From positions 233,726-297,725 of IMG/VR virus record IMGVR_UViG_3300023278_002893: a stretch of DNA of 64,000 nt; one strand, given 5' to 3'. Each line of letters begins with the position of its first letter. Position 1 is the first letter of the stretch. Positions 9,332-17,465 of the stretch are shown one piece after another. Made by a program: the position numbers and the translations under genes. Below the pieces are notes generated by a model. The model had not been told where the DNA came from. It did no database searches and saw nothing but the letters and a program-made list of their open reading frames with translations.

Positions 9332-9733
9332 TTATGTCCTATTTACCGTTATTCCTAGTGGTATTCTAAGCTCCATAACGTTTTCTTGGCTGTACTCCCG
9401 CATATTTGGCGAACTAGACTTACTTGACGCTCGCCTCTCAACCGACCGCTGCAATAGCTGTTCCTCTATTTCTTCAATGGTGAAAGGAAGATCAACAGTC
9501 TTGGCTTCTTTAATCAGACCCCACTTAGGTGTGAGTTTCTTTACGACCCAAGCAGTAAATCGTTCTTTTATGGAAACCGGTTCTGGCGTAAAGGTCACGT
9601 ACCACAATTCGTCTTGGATCGCATCCCGCATAATTTTCTTTTCTTCGGCGGGGAGATTTTCTTCTTCACGTTCCCCCACCTTAGCTACTAGTTGTCTTGG
9701 CATTACCTTCTCCTTCCTTAAATATCTGCCCAT
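9332..9733 (-). CDS. hypothetical protein
   Basis: Packed in the operon; phage-like composition. Confidence 0.65.
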   Translation of the reverse strand: MGRYLRKEKVMPRQLVAKVGEREEENLPAEEKKIMRDAIQDELWYVTFTPEPVSIKERFTAWVVKKLTPKWGLIKEAKTVDLPFTIEEIEEQLLQRSVERRASSKSSSPNMREYSQENVMELRIPLGITVNRT

Positions 9734-10061
9734 CCGCCATCATCTGACGCAGGGAAGAATAATATCCTACGAATCTCTGGAAGATCTCATTGTAAGTCTG
9801 AGTGAGTTCTTCTTTACTTCCCGTGACGGACAATACTCCTTCATTGGCCTCCTCGGCGGTGATGAGGCCCTTCTCGGTGAGAAGGTCTAGTGTCTTAAGG
9901 CTGACTGACATGTTCTCGGTCAGCAAATATAGGAGAGCATTGAAGTTTGCCTTCAGCTCGTCCTTGTCCATGTCCCCTCCTAGCAGGGGCACTACTACAT
10001 CGTCGGGTCTATCCTCTGGTGGGGTTTGGGTCAGATTAAGAGACCCCGTTACGTCAATCAT
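9681..10061 (-). CDS. hypothetical protein
   Basis: GAGGA RBS at 10061; alternative start at 9971 with AGGAGG. Confidence 0.65.
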   Translation of the reverse strand: MIDVTGSLNLTQTPPEDRPDDVVVPLLGGDMDKDELKANFNALLYLLTENMSVSLKTLDLLTEKGLITAEEANEGVLSVTGSKEELTQTYNEIFQRFVGYYSSLRQMMADGQIFKEGEGNAKTTSS

Positions 10062-10166
10062 GGTAATCCTCGTGTGTTAGCAAAGTGGCAGCTAAATGGT
10101 TGATATCGAAAGGTTTAGTGCGATATCCTTAGCAACATACTAACTATATCGCAGTATCCGCAAACA

Positions 10167-10195
10167 ATTATAAGTTCTGCCGCGCGTAATGTCAA
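10167..10195 (-). promoter_or_regulatory. sigma70 consensus promoter
   Basis: Minus-strand TTGACA (10195-10190), 17 nt, TATAAT (10172-10167). Confidence 0.9.
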
Positions 10196-10203
10196 TGTAA
10201 CCC

Positions 10204-10386
10204 CTATAATAGTAGGGTGTGGTAAAACCACTTATATAAGGCTAATAGTGAGGTAATACAGATACTTATACCTCCAAGCCAATAACCTAGGTTCCAGGAT
10301 TTCTCACATATATAACACTCCTCTCCGAGCCAATGGATAAGGATCAGCCAGAGCAGAGACACCGCTATGAGCGCCAGATAAATCAA
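10204..10386 (-). CDS. small two-TM protein
   Basis: Two hydrophobic segments around CYIC; overlaps the upstream stop. Confidence 0.55.
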   Translation of the reverse strand: MIYLALIAVSLLWLILIHWLGEECYICEKSWNLGYWLGGISICITSLLALYKWFYHTLLL

Positions 10387-10601
10387 TCTTCTATGTCCTC
10401 GTCCAGTTCGTCCGAGGTCACACCGACCAGGAGACGAATGGCCTCGAATAGATTTTTCAAATCGGTGGAAGAAACATATCCCTCCCAGATTTTATACTTG
10501 TTCCAGTAAAGACTGGATCTTCCCCTTCTGTCAGTATGTAGTTCGTACATTAACTGCTCCTTAATGGTCCAAGAACTTTCATGTTCTGTGCGATCAGCCA
10601 C
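10383..10601 (-). CDS. hypothetical protein
   Basis: Co-directional, overlapping neighbours. Confidence 0.55.
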   Translation of the reverse strand: MADRTEHESSWTIKEQLMYELHTDRRGRSSLYWNKYKIWEGYVSSTDLKNLFEAIRLLVGVTSDELDEDIED

Positions 10602-10858
10602 TCCCCGCCTTGGCTGTTCGGTCTCTTGAAACTAACGAAGTCGCGGATCTCAACTTTGTACCACACCCTACCTTTCGTCGAGAGGTGAGGGGCGCTCGGT
10701 TCGCGACCAGCGTGCCAACCGGGACGGTGCGCAAAGCCTTTTGTTGGAATGTCCTCAGCGGGGAGCCACACCCCGATCGGGATCCGTTGTCGTGTTCCGA
10801 TGAACAGAGGCCCGATGGTACCGTCCTTGCGTTGTTTAAACAATTTGTAAGCTTTCAT
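10550..10858 (-). CDS. hypothetical protein, phage-type
   Basis: GAGGAG RBS before ATG 10858; MKAYKLF...GFAHRPGWH...RPNSQGGEWLIA. Confidence 0.75.
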   Translation of the reverse strand: MKAYKLFKQRKDGTIGPLFIGTRQRIPIGVWLPAEDIPTKGFAHRPGWHAGREPSAPHLSTKGRVWYKVEIRDFVSFKRPNSQGGEWLIAQNMKVLGPLRSS

Positions 10859-10975
10859 CTTTCTCCTCAAACCAATAATACGAGAAGTGTTCCCCCGTGT
10901 CAAGCACTATCTTCCCCTTTTCACTCGGGGTGGTTTATGATCTATATAGTGGCAAAGAAAGTGATTCCAACGAGA

Positions 10976-11004
10976 ATAATAAGAGAGAATAGAGAGGATG
11001 TCAA
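10976..11004 (-). promoter_or_regulatory. sigma70 promoter at the strand switch
   Basis: Minus-strand TTGACA (11004-10999), 17 nt, TATTAT (10981-10976). Confidence 0.75.
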
Positions 11005-11085
11005 ATAAATGACTAGGAGGTCAATATACATCTTCCCCCTTGAGATATAATGGGAGATAATATTGCCTTAGGGACCCTAGCATAG

Positions 11086-11106
11086 TTACCTCACCTTGTG
11101 AGGTAA
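11086..11106. promoter_or_regulatory. 21-bp palindromic box TTACCTCAC-CTT-GTGAGGTAA
   Basis: Perfect 9-bp arms; near copies at 11180-11200 and 12490-12510. Confidence 0.8.
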
Positions 11107-11364
11107 TCATTGTTTATACCCCCCTCCTCCGTCGAGGGATATACACATTGATTAACTATGCTACACGCGCTACCACTTGTTACCTCACTGCGTGAGCTAA
11201 TAATTCTCGCTTCGCTCGAATTAGACATGTCGTCTACTTCCAGCAAGCTGAAAGGAGACACCATGTCACGACACGGAGGTCGCAAGCTCCCTCGTCACTG
11301 AGCTTGTCTAACGCAGCACTCATGCTGCACCGCACGGAGAGCTACGCTCTACCGTGCAGGAGGT

Positions 11365-11559
11365 ATGACTATGTCATCCCCCACGCTCGTGCTCCGTGTT
11401 CCGACCTGCGACGCTGTCGATTGCATCGACCCCAGCGCAGGGTGCTACCCCGCACTCGATGTCTTCGAAGATATCGAGCTGTGCGTACATCACGAGAGTG
11501 AGTACGCCACTGCGGGTCGCATCAATGAGAGCGATCGACTCGTCGATCACTCTTCCTGA
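11365..11559 (+). CDS. small Cys/His acidic protein (array module)
   Basis: AGGAGGT RBS; followed by hairpin 11566-11588. Confidence 0.7.
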   Translation: MTMSSPTLVLRVPTCDAVDCIDPSAGCYPALDVFEDIELCVHHESEYATAGRINESDRLVDHSS

Positions 11560-11670
11560 TGCTTGGGGACCCCCCTCTGGGGGGTCCCTGTGGTTACCTC
11601 TCCGAGGTACCCTTCTATCCCTCGCTTCGCTCGGGTACCCCATCACCACGTGGATCTCGCTGCGCGAGCC

Positions 11671-11723
11671 CTAGTTGCATCACTTCGTGATACAATCATT
11701 TCTCGCTTATCACTCGAAAGGAG
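11671..11723 (+). promoter_or_regulatory. promoter/RBS module, copy 1 (box + extended -10 TGaTACAAT + GAAAGGAG)
   Basis: Near-identical to 12174-12225. Confidence 0.8.
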
Positions 11724-11729
11724 TATGAC

Positions 11730-11903
11730 ATGCCCAGTCTCGTCTTCGACTTTGACTGTTCCTGTGAGGTCCTCCCTTCGGGGGACCTCTGGTGCTGCGA
11801 TGTGTGCAGCACCGAAGCTGACCCTTGGGGTCAGCTTGCTACCGAAGAATCCGATCGGATTCTCGGACACAACACCTTCCTCGATATCTCTCGAAAGGAG
11901 TAG
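11730..11903 (+). CDS. 57-aa Cys-rich micro-protein
   Basis: AAAGGAG RBS; MPSLVFDFDCSCEVLPSGDLWCCDVCSTE...; below the ORF-track cutoff. Confidence 0.65.
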   Translation: MPSLVFDFDCSCEVLPSGDLWCCDVCSTEADPWGQLATEESDRILGHNTFLDISRKE

Positions 11904-11906
11904 ATC

Positions 11907-12029
11907 ATGCTCGAACAATTCGCTATCGCTCTTGTCCCCACCATCGCGTTGCTCTTGGTGGGTCGCTTGATCTGGATCACCGATCCAGAGGTCAAGCGAC
12001 TGCGCAAAGCTGAGCAGAAGCTCAGCTAG
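11907..12029 (+). CDS. 40-aa single-TM peptide
   Basis: AAAGGAG RBS; MLEQFAIALVPTIALLLVGRLIWITDPEVKRLRKAEQKLS. Confidence 0.7.
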   Translation: MLEQFAIALVPTIALLLVGRLIWITDPEVKRLRKAEQKLS

Positions 12030-12035
12030 CGCATC

Positions 12036-12064
12036 GGACCCCCCTAACGGGGGGTCCTCTTTTT
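12036..12064 (+). terminator. intrinsic terminator
   Basis: GGACCCCCC-TAAC-GGGGGGTCC followed by TCTTTTT. Confidence 0.85.
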
Positions 12065-12173
12065 ACAGCACCGACCCGCTTCGCTAAGTCGGTCTTGTTC
12101 ATTTACTCGTGAGTACCCCCTTCGGGGGTACCAACGAGCACCGCTCGTTCCTCGCTCTCGTCGTTCCTCCTCA

Positions 12174-12225
12174 CTAGTTGCATCACTTTGTGATACAATC
12201 ATTTCTCGCTATCGCTCGAAAGGAG
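12174..12225 (+). promoter_or_regulatory. promoter/RBS module, copy 2
   Basis: ctagttgcatcactttgtgatacaatcatttctcgctatcgctcgaaaggag. Confidence 0.8.
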
Positions 12226-12229
12226 ATCC

Positions 12230-12460
12230 ATGTTTATCATTCTTCTCGATTCCTCGAAGAACGAACTCCGCGTCGTCCGTGCTGACTCTGTCAGCGACTC
12301 CGGGACGCGGGTCGTTGTGGTTCCTCACCACAACGGTCACTCGTACGACTTCGAACTCCCTCCGGGAGTCGAAGCCTTCGCAGACCTCGCTACCTTCGAC
12401 GATGTCGAAGCTGCGTGGTCGTCGGTTCGCACCGACTTCTGCCCCTCGCTCCACCCCTAG
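12230..12460 (+). CDS. hypothetical protein (array module)
   Basis: RBS from the module; C-ending codons. Confidence 0.75.
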   Translation: MFIILLDSSKNELRVVRADSVSDSGTRVVVVPHHNGHSYDFELPPGVEAFADLATFDDVEAAWSSVRTDFCPSLHP

Positions 12461-12579
12461 CGGGGTGGGGTGTCCCCCTTCGGGGGTAGTTACCTCACTC
12501 TGTGAGGTAATACTTCTCTGGGTACTAGCGTACCCTTTGAAGTATTATCTTTCTCGTTAATCTCTCGAAAGGAGACTCT

Positions 12580-13059
12580 ATGCGTTGCTCGTTCTGTAAC
12601 GATCCCCGTGGGATCATCATGGTTGATGGTATCCCCGAGCCCTGCTGTGATGAGATCATCACGCAGCAAGTCCGCGAAGTACGCGGCATCTGTGTCAATT
12701 GTGGGGAATCCCACACTCGCATGAACGAGGGTGTAGACACCCTCTCCGCCATGTGCTCCGATGAGTGCCTCACCGAAGCCATGGATCGCATCGAAGCAAT
12801 CGCGCTGCGCGACGATTGTGGCGGTGAGATGCCCGACCAGGAGGTCATGGACCTCCATGACTCCGTCGATCGTATCGACGCAGCCAACCTCGCGTGGTAC
12901 CGCCACGCGGGTCAGTACATCGACAACGGTGTCGATGACTGTCTCGGTACTCCTCCCTTCTGGTTGGAGTACTCGATAGAGCGCGACGCTCTGGAGAGCG
13001 ATGCACGCATCGCTAAGCTCCAGAACGACGAGCACAAGTACGGGTGTATCCCGTTCTAG
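12580..13059 (+). CDS. acidic Cys-rich protein ending in IPF
   Basis: GAAAGGAG RBS; CxxC/CC/CxxC/CxxxC; followed by hairpin 13066-13085. Confidence 0.8.
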   Translation: MRCSFCNDPRGIIMVDGIPEPCCDEIITQQVREVRGICVNCGESHTRMNEGVDTLSAMCSDECLTEAMDRIEAIALRDDCGGEMPDQEVMDLHDSVDRIDAANLAWYRHAGQYIDNGVDDCLGTPPFWLEYSIERDALESDARIAKLQNDEHKYGCIPF

Positions 13060-13144
13060 TGCTCTGGTCCCCCTAGCGGGGGACCTACCGCTCCGCTCTC
13101 GCTTCGCTCACTAGTTCCTCCACTTCGTGAAGGAGGTCACTCAC

Positions 13145-13219
13145 ATGACCAAGTTGATCCTGTGCACCTACGCTCCGCTGCTCTACTTGCTTGCGGAATT
13201 CGCTTCACTCATCCCTTAA
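13145..13219 (+). CDS. 24-aa hydrophobic peptide
   Basis: AAGGAGGT RBS; MTKLILCTYAPLLYLLAEFASLIP. Confidence 0.55.
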   Translation: MTKLILCTYAPLLYLLAEFASLIP

Positions 13220-13237
13220 CCAAGAAGGAGCTACGCT

Positions 13238-13291
13238 ATGGATGATCTCGACCGCGACATCCAGGACGTCATTGACGACCTGTGCGAATAG
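13238..13291 (+). CDS. 17-aa acidic peptide
   Basis: GAAGGAG RBS; MDDLDRDIQDVIDDLCE; followed by a 15-bp hairpin. Confidence 0.5.
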   Translation: MDDLDRDIQDVIDDLCE

Positions 13292-13799
13292 ACCCATGTG
13301 GGTAGGAGTGCGTTACCGCGCACTCCTGCCCACCCGCTTCGCTCGCTACGCTCGCTCGCTCCTCTAAGAGCAAGGGAGGACTCTGTTGAGTCCTACTCCA
13401 GTACCGCTCGTCCCTCGCTCTCGCTTCGCTCACTCCCCTTCGGGGATAGTCCCATCACTTCGTGATCGGTAGTACATTTTTTTCGCTCATCGCTCAAAAA
13501 GGAGTCCTCCATTGGATGGATGACACCCCACAGCTACCTGCCCGAGCACGGCTTGGTAGCACCACGGGGGCCGTAGTGCTCCCTCCGCTGCGAGACGCAG
13601 TACAAGCAGTGACCTGCTTGTGGCGGAGGTTGATCAGCTCGCTTCGCTCGCTAACGGATGCTCCGCATCCTTAGAGACCCGGAGCGTCCCCCCTACGGGG
13701 GGTAGTTTCACCGCTGCGCGATGAAGTATCGGTTCTTGCGAACCTCGTTGTTAGACCACAGTGGTCTGATGCAGGGTTCGCTTGATAGGAGGACATGAC

Positions 13800-14156
13800 A
13801 TGTCCAATGCAGTAAAGACCACGATCAAGAAGTTTTCGTTCACGAAGTGGATCAGTGAGATCGAAGGTTCGGGTGCTCGCGTACTCGGATTCTGTGAGAT
13901 GACGGTCTGCGTCGATGGTCTGGAGTTCACGTTCAGTGACCTGAAGGTTCGCGTGAATCAGAAGGGTGAGCATCACCTGTGCGCACCGAGTCGTCGCTAC
14001 AAGAACTCCGAAGGTGCCTGGAGGACGTCGAGCGCGTACAAGTTCGACAATTCGACGTATGCTGCTCTGCGCAGTTTCGTCTACGGTCGCGACGAAGTGA
14101 AGGTCGCGATCGACGAAGCCGCGGATCTCGAAAAGGAGATTCCGCTGAGCGCGTAG
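13800..14156 (+). CDS. SpoVG-like nucleic-acid-binding protein #1
   Basis: AGGAGG RBS; VLGFCEMTV...FSDLKV...HHLCAPSRRYKNSEGAWR resembles the SpoVG pattern DIRVI...LFVAMPSK...GEFRD. Confidence 0.7.
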   Translation: MSNAVKTTIKKFSFTKWISEIEGSGARVLGFCEMTVCVDGLEFTFSDLKVRVNQKGEHHLCAPSRRYKNSEGAWRTSSAYKFDNSTYAALRSFVYGRDEVKVAIDEAADLEKEIPLSA

Positions 14157-14771
14157 TACATAGCAGTACCTCTAAGTAGGGGTACTGCTAGTCCCACCCC
14201 ACCGCTTCCCGGGGGGTGGGACCTCGCTCTCTTTCTGCTATCACGCGTGCTCATTGAGAAATGAAGGACTCTGATGAGTCCTCCTTTATTGACGTTCGCT
14301 TCGCTCTCTCTCAGTTCCTCCGCTTCGCTCCCCCCTTCGCTATAGTCTCCGCATTCTCTGGATGCGGTTACTATTATAAGAGACCCTCTAACGAGGAGTC
14401 TCTTTTTTTATTGACGCGCGCTGTTGCTCGGTGGATTCGTTCGGTACTGTTCATTCGGTGGTTGATTCGTTTACTCTCATTTGTTAGGGCACCACCCCAG
14501 TAGACGAAACTAATTACGGAGATATCAATTCCTTACGGAAACGCTGATTTACTCGTCGTCGCTGTGCTCCTCGTTGTTCCTTCTTTTTTTGATCTTTCAT
14601 CTCGGTGCACCATTCGTAGAGATATCTATGGATGCACGCCCGTCGGATACGTAAGTACTTGCAATACTCCGACAGTGCTTTATCGATACGTCTAGGTAGT
14701 TCCTAGCGGACGAGATGGGAGATCTTTTTTCGCGGCCGCTCAAAAAAGCCTATTACAAGGAGATTAGAAAC

Positions 14772-14903
14772 ATGGAACACATCCTCAAGAAGATGGCTGT
14801 ACCCAACATCTTGCACTGCGCAGAACTAGTGGTTCTGACCATCGTCGTGCATTTGGCCTCAGGATTGGTATTCTTACCATTATTCATCCCGAGGCAAGAA
14901 TAA
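14772..14903 (+). CDS. 43-aa membrane peptide
   Basis: AAGGAG RBS; hydrophobic C-terminal half. Confidence 0.5.
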   Translation: MEHILKKMAVPNILHCAELVVLTIVVHLASGLVFLPLFIPRQE

Positions 14904-15818
14904 ACCCAACCCCGAAGAAGATAGGAGATCAAACCCATGTTCTACACAATACTACTAATGGTACTGAAAGAATACAAGGACAGCAACAATCCATTCACCT
15001 GAGAGACCCCTCAGTTGAGTTAGACCACCCAGGAGGGATGGGACACTGGTAGGTGGTGGTCAGCTTTTACCAGGCGGTGACATCATTTTGCTCGGCGGAC
15101 AAATCAATAGTAATTTCAAATAGATAGAGTAAATATGTAGGGCTCTGACGTTACTACAGTAGGGGGTTTCGCGCGTCCCTGTCCAGGTGACTCATTCATT
15201 AGGAGATCGATCTCTGGGTGAAACCCTTCTGTATTGCTTCTTACGAATTATTCACTATACTCAGAATTTTCACCCGCCGGATAAAACACCCAATATCACC
15301 CTGTACTCAAACTGAATAAGGCTAGAACCCCCCTAGACAAGAAGAACTCCAGTAGTGCCCTCTGTTAGAGCCAATTGTATTACTGCTTTAGCAGATTCAT
15401 TGCAAGCATGGTGATGATTTACCTGTTGTACTCCCAGTATGCCTCTGTATCGATCCATGCTCATCGATCGATGTAGTTGATTTCATTGAGGAATTTAGTG
15501 TAGTGAAATGGTAAATGCCAATAGGTCGATCAAGTGGGTGTGATCGAGTACCCCGTATTAGTTGAATAGGTCGGTCTGTGTTGGTGCTTTGGCACCCCAT
15601 GAGGGGTCTAGGTTGTTCCTTCATTTTGATGTTCTGTGCTCCCATGTGCTTGGTTTCGTTGATGATTGGAGCCGGGGGTGGAGTGTGAGGGGAACGTGTA
15701 GGAGAAGCGAAGTGTGAGCGTCTCAGGTACCACCTGTGAGAGCTAGTGAGTACAGAGGAGAGTTAATCCATTACCGGTTTCTACCGGGAACATGCCTATT
15801 AGAGGCGGGAGAACTATT

Positions 15819-16109
15819 ATGTTGGAGAAGAGACAGCCGAGAGGAAAGACAATAAGATGCTGGAGCAGGAACGGTGAGCCCCTCGATCCCGGTGCAGAAC
15901 TCCACATGGAGCTGTTAAAACTAGAACACGTGTACTGGCGCAATGAGCTGACAGCGTGCGACGATTGCGGCACAGCTATACCCAATCGCGATCTTCGACT
16001 TACTCCATATGGATTGGTATGTGAGGATTGCAGAGAGACCGTCAAGAAGACAAGAATCAACTTGGGTAGGTTTCTACGTAAATGGGAACCTAGCGGAGAG
16101 GCATGCTAG
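15819..16109 (+). CDS. hypothetical Zn-finger protein
   Basis: CDDC...CEDC; start chosen after GGGAG. Confidence 0.6.
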   Translation: MLEKRQPRGKTIRCWSRNGEPLDPGAELHMELLKLEHVYWRNELTACDDCGTAIPNRDLRLTPYGLVCEDCRETVKKTRINLGRFLRKWEPSGEAC

Positions 16110-16167
16110 ACTGTTTTATCCGCCGCTGAAAAATGCCAATAACCCTGGGAGGGGAAAGGAGAGAATC

Positions 16168-16356
16168 ATGGACAGAACACTACTGGAAGCATCTGGACTG
16201 GCCTGTCATCGTAGTACCTGTGAGGAGCAGGCTCAATGGGAAGGCTACGCTGACACCTACAGGCCTATTACAGGAGAGAAGATTGGCTTCATCCTGATAC
16301 GCGTCTGTAACGATCATAAGAAGCTCCTGAATGGAGCGAAGGGAGAATCCTCATGA
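16168..16356 (+). CDS. small Cys/His protein
   Basis: AAGGAG RBS; CHRSTC...CNDH. Confidence 0.6.
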   Translation: MDRTLLEASGLACHRSTCEEQAQWEGYADTYRPITGEKIGFILIRVCNDHKKLLNGAKGESS

Positions 16357-16558
16357 AGGACACCACTACAGGTGATCAGCCGCTGCGTGAGTTGTGCGAA
16401 AGGTTTCGAGCAGCAGTGTAAGGGGGCTCTACCAGATAGACTGTCTGGTATCCCCACTGTGGTCATCCCTAGTCAGGGTGAGCGCAGGATAAAGAACCCC
16501 TAAGCTCCCCTTGGGTTAAACGGGGAGCACCTTTTTACCTTTCACAGAGGAGATCCAA

Positions 16559-16732
16559 ATGAATGAGGAGTTCGTATTCATCGTGGTCGAGGATGTATCC
16601 CCGGCCCCAGATGACCCCAAGAGTGACGTTTCATACTTCGAGACGGAAGAAGAAGCGGACACATACGCTGAAAATGCAGCAGCATCGAACAATGCACGCG
16701 TCTTCGTAGATGCCAGCCTCCTCCGCGAGTAG
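16559..16732 (+). CDS. 57-aa acidic protein
   Basis: GAGGAG RBS; MNEEFVFIVVEDVSPAPDDPKSDVSYFETEEEADTYA... Confidence 0.6.
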   Translation: MNEEFVFIVVEDVSPAPDDPKSDVSYFETEEEADTYAENAAASNNARVFVDASLLRE

Positions 16733-17265
16733 CGGACGAGCTAAAAGAATCTTCGACACCGCGAAATGCGTCAAAGGGTAAGCCTTTCAACCTTACCCGC
16801 GCCACTCGCAAAGAGGTATTAGCACAATGCGTTAATCGTTAGAACCGCACGACCTTGAACAAACAACTGAATAGTACCAAGTGCTAGATGTCTCTGCCAT
16901 GGGACAGGTGGTAATGTCTAGGCAGGCGCGTAACGGAACAGCTGACCGCTAACCTTAAGGTTATGTTATGCCTGACGACTCGTCATACGGTTCATTGCCC
17001 CATTAGAGAGCAAGTTTAACGACGCACGGCAACTTCCTTTAAACAGGACAGTAGCTAGATGCCGGAACCTCTGCTCTCTCAATCTATTCGTAGGGATGGT
17101 TCTGTTTCCTTGCGTTGTTTCTTCGTTTTCTGAATTTTAATTGGGTCGGTTGCCAGCCGTTAAAGGTGTGATAAGGTGTGTATCACGTGGCGAAGATGGA
17201 AGCATCGCCTGATTGATTTTGATTTTGATTTGCGGCTGACAAAATCGGCCAGAGAGGACTAATCA

Positions 17266-17454
17266 ATGGAAAGCAGTAAGCCTCGTTGCACGAGGTGTAA
17301 GAAGCGAAGCAGATGGGGGAATAGCGAGAAATGCCTCATCTGCCTCTCCGACATTCAAGGACTGAGGGATAAACTCATTGGAAGATCCTGCGCGGAAACG
17401 CCGGAGCCTTCTGATACCCAACCCAAGTCTCGCCATTGGCCAGACAATCATTGA
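17266..17454 (+). CDS. small CxxC protein
   Basis: GAGGA RBS; CTRC...CLIC. Confidence 0.55.
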   Translation: MESSKPRCTRCKKRSRWGNSEKCLICLSDIQGLRDKLIGRSCAETPEPSDTQPKSRHWPDNH

Positions 17455-17465
17455 GGAGAATCATC

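Larger units (their letters stand above)
11208..14329 (+). repeat. dispersed CGCTTCGCT repeats (9 copies) interleaved with poly-C/poly-G hairpins
   Basis: Copies at 11208, 11623, 12077, 13100, 13335, 13422, 13640, 14297, 14321, all on the + strand. Confidence 0.9.

Noticed and set aside
9321-9890. Long + strand ORF (189 aa) and other + strand ORFs in 1-11 kb
   Set aside because: Antisense shadows of RBS-led, tightly packed minus-strand genes; no RBS; Ser/Leu-rich, unnatural composition.
11086-13466. CRP/FNR sites
   Set aside because: The orientation and spacing are TCAC-N3-GTGA, not TGTGA-N6-TCACA or TTGAT-N4-ATCAA.
11560-14330. Integron attC cassettes (CGCTTCGC occurs at the apex of some attC sites)
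   Set aside because: No RYYYAAC...GTTRRRY bounded single hairpin per cassette could be built, and no tyrosine integrase is in the window. Kept only as an analogy.
14264-14520. Hammerhead ribozyme (CTGATGAG at about 14270, GACGAAAC at about 14503)
   Set aside because: CTGATGAG sits inside a simple GGACTC/GAGTCC hairpin; no stem III or NUH cleavage site can be formed after GAAAC.
11085-14600. CRISPR array or mini-array
   Set aside because: The repeats are not fixed-length direct repeats with regular unique spacers; the intervals are genes of variable length; no cas genes are present in the window.
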